32,000 nucleotides of DNA from Vibrio vulnificus CMCP6 (GCF_000039765.1 NC_004459.3:1560001-1592000), one strand, 5' to 3'. Counted from the stretch's first letter, positions 10,330 to 19,416 are shown. Notes: generated by a model not told the origin, from the letters alone. Numbers and translations are program-made.

Positions 10330-10406
10330 GCGCTCGTAGCTCAGCTGGATAGAGTACCTGGCTACGAACCAGGCGGTCAGAGGTTCGAATCCTCTCGAGC
10401 GCGCCA
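10330..10406 (+). tRNA. tRNA-Arg(ACG), acceptor variant A
   Basis: 77 nt. Acceptor GCGCTCG pairs with CGAGCGC. D-arm TAGCTCAGCTGGATAGAGTA, anticodon loop CTACGAA, T-arm AGAGGTTCGAATCCTCT, encoded CCA. Confidence 0.95.
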
Positions 10407-10429
10407 TATCGTAAAACGGAACAAAAGAC

Positions 10430-10521
10430 GGTGAGGTGGCCGAGAGGCTGAAGGCGCTCCCCTGCTAAGGGAGTATACGGTTTATCCCGTATCGAGGGTT
10501 CGAATCCCTCCTTCACCGCCA
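10430..10521 (+). tRNA. tRNA-Ser(GCU), copy 2 (canonical)
   Basis: 92 nt, identical to copy 1 except GGG instead of GGGG after the anticodon loop. This gives the standard CTCCC/GGGAG stem and 7-nt loop. Confidence 0.95.
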
Positions 10522-10524
10522 TTT

Positions 10525-10548
10525 ATTGACAAGTGAGTCAATTTTTTT
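10525..10548 (+). terminator. Weak AT-rich hairpin plus T7 inside the tRNA array (possible partial terminator or processing signal)
   Basis: ATTGAC (10525-10530) pairs with GTCAAT (10537-10542) around loop AAGTGA, followed by T7 (10542-10548). The stem has only 2 G-C pairs. Confidence 0.35.
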
Positions 10549-10605
10549 GTTCCAAAAGAAATTATTTGTGATAGACTTCACAACTCTCTTGGTAGAGAAT
10601 ATTGC

Positions 10606-10682
10606 GCGCTCGTAGCTCAGCTGGATAGAGTACCTGGCTACGAACCAGGCGGTCAGAGGTTCGAATCCTCTCGAGCGCGCCA
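10606..10682 (+). tRNA. tRNA-Arg(ACG), acceptor variant A
   Basis: 77 nt, identical to the 10330-10406 copy. Confidence 0.95.
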
Positions 10683-10772
10683 TCTCTTCTACTGGAAATT
10701 TCTTGTATAGAATAAAGGGGCTAAGCTCCTGATATTGGAATAGCGAAAGCGGTTTTGATATCAAACACCTGC

Positions 10773-10849
10773 GCGTCCGTAGCTCAGCTGGATAGAGTAC
10801 CTGGCTACGAACCAGGCGGTCAGAGGTTCGAATCCTCTCGGACGCGCCA
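10773..10849 (+). tRNA. tRNA-Arg(ACG), acceptor variant B
   Basis: 77 nt. Acceptor GCGTCCG pairs with CGGACGC. The rest is identical to variant A. Confidence 0.95.
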
Positions 10850-10893
10850 CTTTCTCTTTTGAAGGTGAGAAGGTAAATTAAAGAATATATTGC

Positions 10894-10970
10894 GCGCTCG
10901 TAGCTCAGCTGGATAGAGTACCTGGCTACGAACCAGGCGGTCAGAGGTTCGAATCCTCTCGAGCGCGCCA
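10894..10970 (+). tRNA. tRNA-Arg(ACG), acceptor variant A
   Basis: 77 nt, identical to the other variant A copies, with encoded CCA. Confidence 0.95.
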
Positions 10971-11059
10971 TTTCTTCAAATGAATATTCTTTTAACAATT
11001 AAAGGGGCCAAGCTCCTGATATTGGAATAGCGAAAGCGGTTTTGATATCAAACACCTGC

Positions 11060-11136
11060 GCGTCCGTAGCTCAGCTGGATAGAGTACCTGGCTACGAACC
11101 AGGCGGTCAGAGGTTCGAATCCTCTCGGACGCGCCA
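11060..11136 (+). tRNA. tRNA-Arg(ACG), acceptor variant B
   Basis: 77 nt, identical to 10773-10849. Confidence 0.95.
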
Positions 11137-11178
11137 CTTTCTCTTCTGAAAGTGACAAGGTGAACAACAGAATACTGC

Positions 11179-11255
11179 GCGCTCGTAGCTCAGCTGGATA
11201 GAGTACCTGGCTACGAACCAGGCGGTCAGAGGTTCGAATCCTCTCGAGCGCGCCA
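11179..11255 (+). tRNA. tRNA-Arg(ACG), acceptor variant A
   Basis: 77 nt and the last gene of the array, followed by a terminator. Confidence 0.95.
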
Positions 11256-11263
11256 TCATTGAA

Positions 11264-11291
11264 AACCCTGCATGAAAATGCAGGGTTTTTT
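11264..11291 (+). terminator. Rho-independent terminator of the tRNA array
   Basis: AACCCTGCAT (11264-11273) pairs with ATGCAGGGTT (11278-11287) around loop GAAA. The T-run extends to 11291. Confidence 0.85.
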
Positions 11292-11666
11292 CTTATGTCT
11301 ACGTTTTGTTCTCGTGAGCATTGGATTTTAGAATCCCCTTGCTCTTCATCATTTCTGGACAATCGATTTATTCTTAGCGGGTGTTTCACATCTCGCCCAT
11401 CAACGCCATTCTTTACCAATCAAAAGAAACAATGAGCATTCAAATGTTTCCAAAGTGTTAAAATTGTTATTGTTTTTAATTCTTATAATTCAAAAGCTTA
11501 TTGATGTTCTTTTATCTCTATCGCAGTTTTGTTCGAACTTCTGCAGTAAATTGATGAATGTCCATATTAAGTATCAGGAATTTGGGCAAATATTTTAGTT
11601 TATGTGATCTGTGTGGTGAAAAAGCAACCAATAGTGCAGGATGCTCTGAAACCTTTTTAAACAAAA

Positions 11667-11694
11667 TTGACAATATTTAACCAATCTAGATAAT
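11667..11694 (+). promoter_or_regulatory. Candidate sigma-70 promoter for oadGAB
   Basis: Perfect -35 TTGACA (11667-11672), 16 nt, then GATAAT (11689-11694), about 70 nt upstream of oadG. The inverted repeat CCAATC (11681-11686) / GATTGG (11696-11701) straddles the -10. Confidence 0.4.
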
Positions 11695-11761
11695 CGATTG
11701 GTCGGGATTGTGTATAAATCATGTCCTGCGTTATGTCAGGATGACACAGAAAGGAAGCAAG

Positions 11762-12019
11762 ATGACAAATATTGGAAGCCTCTTAGTTGATGCGGCAGCC
11801 CTAATGGTAACGGGAATGGGGGTCGTATTTATTTTTCTCACCATTCTTATTTTCCTCGTTCGCTTGATGTCGAAATTGGTACCGCAAGAAGTGCCACCAC
11901 CGATCACAGCGCCTAAAGCGGTAAAGAATCAAGCCAACCACACTTCAACAGTGAGTCCACAGGTCGTCGCGGCAATTTCTGCAGCGATTCATCAGCATCG
12001 CGCCTCGGTTGCGAAGTAG
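11762..12019 (+). CDS. oadG: Oxaloacetate decarboxylase (Na+-pumping) gamma subunit
   Basis: 85 aa with a single N-terminal TM helix (AAALMVTGMGVVFIFLTILIFLV) and a Pro/Ala-rich tail, directly upstream of oadA and oadB. ATG 11762 is preceded by AAAGGAAG. The track start at 11708 is an upstream artefact. Confidence 0.8.
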   Translation: MTNIGSLLVDAAALMVTGMGVVFIFLTILIFLVRLMSKLVPQEVPPPITAPKAVKNQANHTSTVSPQVVAAISAAIHQHRASVAK

Positions 12020-12044
12020 TACAACAAAGGAATAAAAGGAGTTT

Positions 12045-13835
12045 ATGAGCATGTCTAAGCCACTAGCAATTACGGATGTGGTCCTACGTGACGCCCATCA
12101 ATCACTGTTTGCGACTCGAATGCGCATTGAAGACATGCTGCCTATTGCAGCAGAGTTGGATAAAGTGGGTTATTGGTCGCTCGAAACCTGGGGTGGTGCC
12201 ACCTTTGATGCGTGTATTCGTTTCTTAGGGGAAGATCCGTGGGAGCGTTTGCGTGAACTGAAGAAAGCGATGCCGAATACACCAATGCAGATGCTACTGC
12301 GTGGTCAAAACCTGCTGGGTTATCGTCACTATGCCGATGATGTGGTTGAGAAGTTTGTTGAGCGTGCTCATGCCAACGGTATGGATGTTTTCCGTATCTT
12401 TGATGCGATGAACGACGTGCGTAATTTCCAAAAAGCGGTTAAAGCAACGGTGGATGTTGGTGCTCATGCGCAAGGGACGCTTTCTTACACTACCAGCCCG
12501 GTTCACAATACTGATACTTGGGTCGATCTCGCCAAACGTTTAGAAGACTTGGGTTGTCACTCGCTTTGTATCAAAGACATGTCTGGCTTACTTAAGCCTT
12601 ATGAAGCGCAAGAATTGATTACGCGCATTAAAGCCTCTTGTGATATCCCATTGGCGCTGCACTGCCATGCCACTACGGGTTTGTCGACCGCGACGGCAAT
12701 TAAGGCGGTAGAGTCGGGCATCGATATTTTGGATACTGCGATTTCATCCATGAGTTGCACCTACGGTCACACGCCAACGGAAACCGTTGTGGCGATGTTG
12801 CAAGGTACTGAGCGTGATACCAATTTGGACCTTGCTCAAATAGAACCTATTGCCGCGTATTTCCGTGAAGTCCGTAAGAAGTACGCTAAGTTTGAAGGTC
12901 AATTGAAAGGGGTGGATTCTCGCATTCTGATTGCTCAAGTTCCTGGTGGTATGCTGACCAACATGGAAAGCCAATTGAAAGAGCAAGGCGCGGCGGATCG
13001 TATCGACGAAGTTCTTGAAGAGATCCCTCGCGTGCGTGAAGATCTTGGTTTTATTCCATTGGTGACCCCAACCTCGCAAATTGTCGGCACTCAAGCGGTC
13101 ATTAACGTCCTGACGGGCGAGCGTTATAAGAGCATCACCAAAGAAACGGCAGGCGTTCTCAAAGGCGAATATGGCGCCGCACCAGCTCCTGTGAATGCGC
13201 AGTTGCAAGCACGTGTACTGAGCGGTGCTGAAGCTGTCACTTGTCGACCTGCTGATTTACTTGAAGCGGAATTGCATACACTGACCGACGAACTGTTGGC
13301 AAAAGCACAATCAGAAGGCATTCAATTGGCTAAAGAGAGTGTTGATGACGTTCTCACTTACGCACTCTTCCCGCAAGTTGGCCTTAAGTTCCTTAAGAAT
13401 CGTGGCAATCCTGATGCATTTGAGCCAGCACCGACTCTTGAGGTGGCTCAGCCAACGGCGACGAAAGCCGTTAATGGTGCCGTTGAAGCTTACAGTGTTC
13501 GTGTTGATGGCCAGGTATTCCATGTTGAAGTTGGGCCTGAAGGCCAATTGACTTCGGTGACACCAGCTGCTGCGCCAGCGAGTGCTCCTATCGCGGCTCC
13601 TGTTTCGGCAGTACCAAGCGATGCGGAAGCGGTATCGGCTCCGCTGGCAGGTAACATCTTCAAAGTTCATGTTCAAGCAGGAAGCTCGGTTGAAGAGGGC
13701 GATATTCTGCTGATCCTCGAAGCGATGAAGATGGAAACTGAAGTCCGCGCTGCTCGTAGTGGTGTGGTGCATGAACTGAATGTTAAAGAGGGAGATGCCG
13801 TGACAGTAGGCTCACCTCTACTGAGTTTGGCGTAA
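12045..13835 (+). CDS. oadA: Oxaloacetate decarboxylase alpha subunit (carboxyltransferase plus biotin carrier domain)
   Basis: [21 protein letters not shown] is an HMGL-like carboxyltransferase N-terminus. An Ala/Pro linker follows. The C-terminal biotinyl domain carries EAMKMETE. The SD AAGGAG (12036-12041) fits the second ATG at 12051 slightly better, so the start is 12045 or 12051. Confidence 0.93.
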   Translation: MSMSKPLAITDVVLRDAHQSLFATRMRIEDMLPIAAELDKVGYWSLETWGGATFDACIRFLGEDPWERLRELKKAMPNTPMQMLLRGQNLLGYRHYADDVVEKFVERAHANGMDVFRIFDAMNDVRNFQKAVKATVDVGAHAQGTLSYTTSPVHNTDTWVDLAKRLEDLGCHSLCIKDMSGLLKPYEAQELITRIKASCDIPLALHCHATTGLSTATAIKAVESGIDILDTAISSMSCTYGHTPTETVVAMLQGTERDTNLDLAQIEPIAAYFREVRKKYAKFEGQLKGVDSRILIAQVPGGMLTNMESQLKEQGAADRIDEVLEEIPRVREDLGFIPLVTPTSQIVGTQAVINVLTGERYKSITKETAGVLKGEYGAAPAPVNAQLQARVLSGAEAVTCRPADLLEAELHTLTDELLAKAQSEGIQLAKESVDDVLTYALFPQVGLKFLKNRGNPDAFEPAPTLEVAQPTATKAVNGAVEAYSVRVDGQVFHVEVGPEGQLTSVTPAAAPASAPIAAPVSAVPSDAEAVSAPLAGNIFKVHVQAGSSVEEGDILLILEAMKMETEVRAARSGVVHELNVKEGDAVTVGSPLLSLA

Positions 13836-13844
13836 GGATGTACC

Positions 13845-14975
13845 ATGGATGGATTAATCACGCTTTGGTCTGAAACGGGGATTGCCCACTTTGAACTTGG
13901 GCAAATCTGTATGATCGCAGTCGGTTGTGTACTGCTGTTTTTAGCCATTAGTAAAGGCTTTGAGCCTTTACTTCTGTTACCTATTGGCTTTGGTGCCATT
14001 TTGGCTAATATCCCGAATGCGGGCTTTACCGAGCCGGGTGGATTGCTTTACTACGTGTATTACATTGGTATTGAATCTGGCGTTTTCCCACTGCTTATTT
14101 TTATGGGCGTTGGGGCAATGACGGATTTTGGTGCCTTGATTGCCAACCCTAAAACCTTATGGCTCGGTGCAGCCGCGCAGTTTGGTATTTTTGCCACGCT
14201 GTTTGGTGCGATTCTATTGAACTATGTGCCGGGCATGGAGTTTTCTATGGAGGATGCGTCGTCCATCGCCATCATTGGTGGCGCGGATGGCCCAACAGCC
14301 ATTTTCCTCGCCAGCCGTCTCTCTCCCGATTTACTCGGTGCGATTGCGGTAGCAGCATACAGTTACATGGCTTTGGTTCCTATTATTCAGCCGCCGATCA
14401 TGAAGGCGCTCACAACGCCGGAAGAGCGTAAGATCAAAATGGCTCAACTTCGTCATGTCGGAAAAGTGGAGAAAGTGCTTTTCCCGTTGGCGGTATTGGT
14501 GATGACCATCTTGTTCCTTCCTTCTGCAACGCCGCTGGTAGGGATGTTCTGTCTGGGGAACTTGATGCGTGAAGCGGGTGTGGTGGAGCGTTTGTCAAAA
14601 ACGGCACAAAACGAGCTGATCAACATCGTGACTATTTTCCTTGGCTTAGGCGTAGGCTCGAAACTACAAGCTGAGCACTTCTTGAATGTGGAGACATTGG
14701 GCATTCTTGCATTAGGTGCGGCAGCGTTCAGTATTGGTACTGGCGCGGGCGTGCTGATGGCGAAGCTACTCAACAAGTTCTCGGAAGAAGACATCAATCC
14801 GTTGATTGGTGCCGCAGGGGTTTCTGCTGTACCAATGGCGGCGCGTGTGGTGAATAAAGTGGGCTTAGAAGCCAACTCACAAAACTTCTTGTTGATGCAT
14901 GCAATGGGGCCGAATGTGGCGGGTGTATTGGGCAGTGCGGTAGCCGCCGGTGTGCTATTGGCTCTGGTCGGCTAA
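13845..14975 (+). CDS. oadB: Oxaloacetate decarboxylase beta subunit (Na+ pump)
   Basis: 376-aa polytopic membrane protein ([28 protein letters not shown]...), collinear with OadB/GcdB family proteins. AAGGA lies 6 nt upstream of the ATG. Confidence 0.93.
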   Translation: MDGLITLWSETGIAHFELGQICMIAVGCVLLFLAISKGFEPLLLLPIGFGAILANIPNAGFTEPGGLLYYVYYIGIESGVFPLLIFMGVGAMTDFGALIANPKTLWLGAAAQFGIFATLFGAILLNYVPGMEFSMEDASSIAIIGGADGPTAIFLASRLSPDLLGAIAVAAYSYMALVPIIQPPIMKALTTPEERKIKMAQLRHVGKVEKVLFPLAVLVMTILFLPSATPLVGMFCLGNLMREAGVVERLSKTAQNELINIVTIFLGLGVGSKLQAEHFLNVETLGILALGAAAFSIGTGAGVLMAKLLNKFSEEDINPLIGAAGVSAVPMAARVVNKVGLEANSQNFLLMHAMGPNVAGVLGSAVAAGVLLALVG

Positions 14976-15045
14976 TCTCGCTGTGAATTGTCAGTCAAAT
15001 TGTGTCATCACAATTAACTTCGGTTAACAAAATGGTTTATAGTCA

Positions 15046-15075
15046 AAGGGATGCTTCGGCATCCCTTTCTTTTTG
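15046..15075 (+). terminator. oadGAB Rho-independent terminator
   Basis: AAGGGATGC (15046-15054) pairs with GCATCCCTT (15059-15067) around a TTCG loop, followed by the T-rich CTTTTT. Confidence 0.85.
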
Positions 15076-15094
15076 TCCTTAGGAACGGCTGATT

Positions 15095-16045
15095 ATGGAA
15101 AATAAGCAAATCGTTATTACAGAATTTGGTGGCCCTGATGTACTGGCTATCCGTTCAAGTCAAATGCCTGAACCCAAACCTGGTCAGGTTCTCATTAAAG
15201 TCTATTTTTCAGGTATTAACCCTATCGATGTTAAAACGCGTGCAGGGCTGGGGTGGGCGGCGGCACAGAATAAGGACAAATTACCTTGGGTGCCCGGTTA
15301 TGACATTTCTGGCAAAGTAGTCAGTTGTGGTGAGAACGCGGAGCGCTTTGTCATCGGCGATACCGTTGCCGGTTTCGTCGGTTTCCCATTAGAAGGCGGT
15401 GGTTACAGCCAGTATCTTTGCGTGGACGAAGACGCATTGAGTCTGGTGCCAGGTTCAGTCACCTTAGAGGGGGCGGCGGTACTTCCACTAGCCGGGCAAA
15501 CGGCAGCACAAGCGCTGAACAAAGCCCAAGTGAAAGAAGGGGAGCGTGTGCTCATTCTTGCTGGCGCAGGAGGCGTTGGCCATTTGGCCGTGCAAATCGC
15601 CGTTGCCGCGAAAGCCGAAGTGTATACGACGTGCAGTGAACGCAATTTAGATTACATGGCAACGTTGGGTGCTCATGCTATCAATTACCAATTTGCTCCT
15701 GCTTCAGAGCGTTTGAGTGATGTGGATGTATTGATTGATCTGGTTGGTGGTGATGTCGCCCTTGATGCCTTGAAGTGCTTAAAAGACAACGCCAGAGTTG
15801 TGACGGTGCCGACGCTGAGTGCAGAGATGATCTGTGAAAAAGCCAAACTTCTCGGGTTTGAGGCAACGGGGATGCTGGTGGAGCCCGATCCTCAGCAGTT
15901 GGATACATTGCTGTATATGGTGGGCGTTGGCTTACTTAAAACAGAAATTCAGCGTATCTATCCGATGCATGAGGTCAGTGATGCGCACAAACAAATCGAA
16001 ACAGGGCATACCCGAGGAAAAGTACTACTGGATATGCAATGTTAG
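15095..16045 (+). CDS. Medium-chain dehydrogenase/reductase family oxidoreductase (NADPH:quinone reductase-like)
   Basis: 316 aa with a GroES-like N-domain (GQVLIKVYFSGINPIDVKTRAG), the nucleotide-binding AGAGGVGHLAVQIA, and the C-terminal GHTRGKVLL typical of the QOR/zeta-crystallin subgroup. Confidence 0.8.
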   Translation: MENKQIVITEFGGPDVLAIRSSQMPEPKPGQVLIKVYFSGINPIDVKTRAGLGWAAAQNKDKLPWVPGYDISGKVVSCGENAERFVIGDTVAGFVGFPLEGGGYSQYLCVDEDALSLVPGSVTLEGAAVLPLAGQTAAQALNKAQVKEGERVLILAGAGGVGHLAVQIAVAAKAEVYTTCSERNLDYMATLGAHAINYQFAPASERLSDVDVLIDLVGGDVALDALKCLKDNARVVTVPTLSAEMICEKAKLLGFEATGMLVEPDPQQLDTLLYMVGVGLLKTEIQRIYPMHEVSDAHKQIETGHTRGKVLLDMQC

Positions 16046-16500
16046 AAACCTTTAATGGATGGTTTGCAGAGGCGGCATTGTGGTTTTCCGACTCTGCACT
16101 TTGGGTATTGTTTTTCACTGGTTTTCTCAGTGCAACCTTATTACCTGGAGGCTCAGAGGCGAGTTTGATCGCGACCTTGTCTCTTAATCAATTTCCAATT
16201 TCACACATCATTATTGTCGCGACGCTAGGAAATACCCTTGGTGGGTTAACTAACTATTGGTTAGGTTTGCTGTTACCAAATCGAACTCAACAAGAAAAAC
16301 ATGGTCATACCGCTTTGAGGTGGTTAGCCAAATACGGCTATTGGGGGCTGTTTTTTAGTTGGCTTCCTGTGATTGGCGATCCTCTCTGTTTAGCGGCCGG
16401 TTGGCTGCGAATGAAATTTCTTCCTTGTCTGGTGCTTATCGCACTGGGGAAAGCGGTACGCTACAGCGTGCTGGCTATGCTTTATATCGGACTATTCTAA
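16039..16500 (+). CDS. yqaA: YqaA-family (DedA/SNARE-associated-type) inner membrane protein
   Basis: FLSATLLPGGSEASL, GNTLGGLTNYWLG, SWLPVIGDPLCLAAGWLRM and GKAVRYSVLA are collinear with E. coli YqaA. The start ATG overlaps the upstream stop (ATGTTAG, 16039-16045), suggesting translational coupling. Confidence 0.88.
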   Translation: MLETFNGWFAEAALWFSDSALWVLFFTGFLSATLLPGGSEASLIATLSLNQFPISHIIIVATLGNTLGGLTNYWLGLLLPNRTQQEKHGHTALRWLAKYGYWGLFFSWLPVIGDPLCLAAGWLRMKFLPCLVLIALGKAVRYSVLAMLYIGLF

Positions 16501-16509
16501 GGAAAAAGC

Positions 16510-19368
16510 ATGAAAAAACTGATGCTGAGTGCCTGCTCTCTTTTTGTCCTCGCTGGTTGTTCTTCCGTAAAATCGGTTTCTGTGCCGTTTTTTTCTTCAT
16601 TACCAGAAGGGGTGACTCTGATTGAAGAGTCGTCAGCGCAAGCGGGTAAAGTCAAAATCCCGTATGAAAAATATCGTTTAGAAAATGGCTTAACCGTCAT
16701 TTTGTCACCCGATCACTCCGATCCCTTGGTGCACGTTGACGTCACTTACCACGTCGGCTCGGCTCGAGAAGAGATTGGTAAGTCAGGCTTTGCGCATTTC
16801 TTCGAGCATATGATGTTCCAAGGCTCGGAAAATGTGGGTGATCAGCAACACTTCAAGATCATTACGGAAGCCGGCGGGACACTGAATGGCACCACAAACC
16901 GAGATAGAACCAACTATTTCGAAACTGTGCCAGCGAACCAACTTGAGAAAATGTTGTGGTTAGAATCGGATCGCATGGGCTTTTTGCTTGATGCCGTCTC
17001 GCAGCGTAAGTTTGAGGTGCAACGCGACACCGTGAAAAATGAGCGCGCTCAACGCTATGACAACCGCCCTTACGGTTTGATTTGGGAAAAAATGGCGGAA
17101 GCGATGTACCCTGAAGGGCACCCTTATTCGTGGCAAACTATTGGTTATGTTGAAGATCTTGATCGTGTCGACGTCAATGACCTGAAAGCGTTTTTCTTAC
17201 GCTGGTATGGGCCTAATAATGCCGTGTTAACTATCGGTGGTGACATAGATACCGATCAGACATTGGAATGGGTGAACAAGTATTTTGGTTCGATTCCTCG
17301 CGGACCTGAAGTGGATAATGCACCGAAGCAGCCTGCAACCCTGAAAGAAAATCGCTTCATCACGCTGGAAGATCGTATTAGACAGCCGATGGTGATGATG
17401 GCGTGGCCGACGACTTACAATGGTGAAGAGCATCAAGCCTCGCTCGATGCATTGGCGAGTTTACTAGGGGAAGGCAATAATAGTTTGCTGTACCAAAATC
17501 TCGTAAAAACGCAAAAAGCCGTCGACGCTGGTGCCTTCCAAGATTGTGCTGAATTGGCTTGTACTTTCTACGTGTACGCGATGGGAGACTCAGGAGACAA
17601 GGGAGATTTGGCCAGTTTGTATCAAGAGCTGATGCAGACCTTAGATGAGTTTAAAGAGAAGGGCGCCGATGGGAAACGCCTTGAGCAGATCATTGGTAAA
17701 GCAGAAGCCGATGCCGTGTTCTCATTGCAAAGCGTCAGCGGCAAAGTCAGTCAGCTCGCTGCAAATGAGACCTTCTTTGCAACCCCTGATCGCATCGAAT
17801 ATCAATTAGATCAATTACGCGCGGTGACGGCGGATTCGGTCAACCAAGCCTATCAACAATTTATTGATGGCAAAAACAAAGTGACTTTAAGCGTGGTGCC
17901 TACGGGCAAAACGGATATGGCGGTGCAAAAAGCCAACTTTGTGACGCCGGCGAGAACCTTGCCTGAATACCAAAAAATCACCGATGATCAGTTGGCTTAT
18001 CGTAAAGCGGAAGACAGTTTTGACCGATCTCAAATGCCATCTGCCGGAGAGCCAGTGAAAGCAGAAATGCCAGATCTGTACAAAGTGCATTTTGATAACG
18101 GCAGCGAGTTACTCGGCGCTGTCAGTGATGAAACGCCAACCGTATTGATGCAGTTCCGCTTCCCTGCAGGGAGCCGATTTGACCCGGTAGGCAAAGAAGG
18201 GTTAGCTAAACTCACCGCAGCTATGATGGAGGAGGGGACAACTTCTCGCAGTGCAGAAGAGTTACAAGCGGAGTTGGACAAGCTGGGCAGTAACATCAGT
18301 GTGTCAGCCGAGCGATACAGCACGACAGTTACGCTTTCTGCATTAGAGAAAAATTTACCAGCAACGTTGGAAATTTTTCAGCAGATGATCCGGTCTCCTG
18401 CGTTTGATGAGGATGATTTTGCCCGTGCGAAGAAGCAAATGATCGAAGGGGCTGTTTATGAGCAGCAGCAACCAAGCTGGATGGCTTCGCAAGCGACACG
18501 CCAAGTGATTTATGGTGACACGCTGTTTGCTCGTTCCAGTGATGGCACGATGGCTTCTTTACAAGGGCTCACGCTGGCTGATGTCAAAGCATTCTATCAA
18601 TCGCACTACACACCACAAAGCACACAGATCGTGGTCGTGGGGGATTTAAATCGCCGAGAAATGGCTAGTCAATTGGCATTTTGGAAAGCATGGCAGGGTG
18701 AGGCCGCGCCGCTGTATCGCCCGCAAGTTGTGAAGCCATTAAGCGATTCAAAAATCTACTTGGTGGATAAGCCGGGAGCACCACAAAGCGTCATCCGCAT
18801 GGTACGCCTTGGTTTGCCGTATGATGCCACCGGTGAGATGTTCCTAAGCCAATTAGCGAACTTTAATTTGGCTGGCAATTTCAACAGCCGTTTAAATCAG
18901 AATCTGCGTGAGGACAAAGGATACACATACGGGGCGCAAGGCTACTTTGCCAGCAATCTCGAAACCGGTGTCGTGGTGTTTGATGCGCAAGTACGCGCTG
19001 ATGCAACCATTCCTGCGTTAATGGAGATGGAGAATGAACTGAATGAGTTTTCTCAATCTGGTATGACGGATGATGAGCTGCATTTCATGCGTCAGGCGGT
19101 TGGTCAACAAGATGCCTTGAAGTATGAAACTCCCGGACAAAAAGCGCAGTTGATCGGTAATATTCTCCGTTACAGCTTAGATGAAGATTATCTCAAACAG
19201 CGCAACGCGATTGTGGAAAGCATTGATAAAGCGCCGCTTAACGATTTGGCGAAGAAATGGTTTGACCCGAATGACTATCAGATGATCGTTGTTGGGGATG
19301 CAAAAACGCTTCGCCCACAATTGGAAAAGTTGAATAAAGCCGTAGAAGAGCTTGAAATCATCCGATAG
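16510..19368 (+). CDS. M16 (pitrilysin/insulinase) family zinc metallopeptidase, predicted lipoprotein, two-unit PqqL-like architecture
   Basis: Signal peptide with lipobox LAGC (MKKLMLSACSLFVLAGCSS). The inverted zinc motif HFFEH is present (GFAHFFEHMMFQGS). At 952 aa it holds an active N-terminal M16 unit and a second, inactive unit. It starts 9 nt after yqaA, with AAGGAAAAA upstream. Confidence 0.85.
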   Translation: MKKLMLSACSLFVLAGCSSVKSVSVPFFSSLPEGVTLIEESSAQAGKVKIPYEKYRLENGLTVILSPDHSDPLVHVDVTYHVGSAREEIGKSGFAHFFEHMMFQGSENVGDQQHFKIITEAGGTLNGTTNRDRTNYFETVPANQLEKMLWLESDRMGFLLDAVSQRKFEVQRDTVKNERAQRYDNRPYGLIWEKMAEAMYPEGHPYSWQTIGYVEDLDRVDVNDLKAFFLRWYGPNNAVLTIGGDIDTDQTLEWVNKYFGSIPRGPEVDNAPKQPATLKENRFITLEDRIRQPMVMMAWPTTYNGEEHQASLDALASLLGEGNNSLLYQNLVKTQKAVDAGAFQDCAELACTFYVYAMGDSGDKGDLASLYQELMQTLDEFKEKGADGKRLEQIIGKAEADAVFSLQSVSGKVSQLAANETFFATPDRIEYQLDQLRAVTADSVNQAYQQFIDGKNKVTLSVVPTGKTDMAVQKANFVTPARTLPEYQKITDDQLAYRKAEDSFDRSQMPSAGEPVKAEMPDLYKVHFDNGSELLGAVSDETPTVLMQFRFPAGSRFDPVGKEGLAKLTAAMMEEGTTSRSAEELQAELDKLGSNISVSAERYSTTVTLSALEKNLPATLEIFQQMIRSPAFDEDDFARAKKQMIEGAVYEQQQPSWMASQATRQVIYGDTLFARSSDGTMASLQGLTLADVKAFYQSHYTPQSTQIVVVGDLNRREMASQLAFWKAWQGEAAPLYRPQVVKPLSDSKIYLVDKPGAPQSVIRMVRLGLPYDATGEMFLSQLANFNLAGNFNSRLNQNLREDKGYTYGAQGYFASNLETGVVVFDAQVRADATIPALMEMENELNEFSQSGMTDDELHFMRQAVGQQDALKYETPGQKAQLIGNILRYSLDEDYLKQRNAIVESIDKAPLNDLAKKWFDPNDYQMIVVGDAKTLRPQLEKLNKAVEELEIIR

Positions 19369-19379
19369 AGTACACATTT

Positions 19380-19416
19380 AGTAGCGAAGAGTATTGGCTC
19401 TTCGCTACTTGTTGTT
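19380..19416 (+). terminator. Terminator of the oxidoreductase-yqaA-peptidase unit
   Basis: AGTAGCGAAGAG (19380-19391) pairs with CTCTTCGCTACT (19398-19409), followed by the T-rich TGTTGTT. Confidence 0.65.

Larger units (their letters stand above)
10606..11255 (+). repeat. Tandem duplication of a ~287-bp unit [tRNA-Arg variant A, ~90-nt spacer, tRNA-Arg variant B, ~43-nt spacer], about 2.3 copies
   Basis: Variant A starts at 10606, 10894 and 11179. Variant B starts at 10773 and 11060. The spacer blocks 10714-10772 and 11001-11059 (59 nt) differ at a single base. Confidence 0.9.

Noticed and set aside
10316-11419. Three minus-strand ORFs from the track (10316-10522, 10513-10998, 11048-11419; 68-161 aa) with internally repeated peptides such as ERIRTSDRLVRSQVLYPAELRAR
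   Set aside because: They are antisense translations of the tRNA-Ser and tRNA-Arg genes. The peptide repeats simply mirror the repeated tRNA sequences. No RBS or coding signal is present.
11600-11620. A CRP-like site, TGTGATCTGTGTGGTG, upstream of oadGAB
   Set aside because: Only the left half-site TGTGA matches. The right half (TGGTG versus TCACA) is poor, so the match is not distinguishable from chance in AT-rich DNA.
11256-11761. A genomic-island or prophage remnant integrated at the tRNA-Arg array
   Set aside because: There is no integrase or any other ORF. No direct repeat of a tRNA 3' end lies downstream. The flanking genes (csrA, tRNAs, oadGAB) are contiguous core genes.
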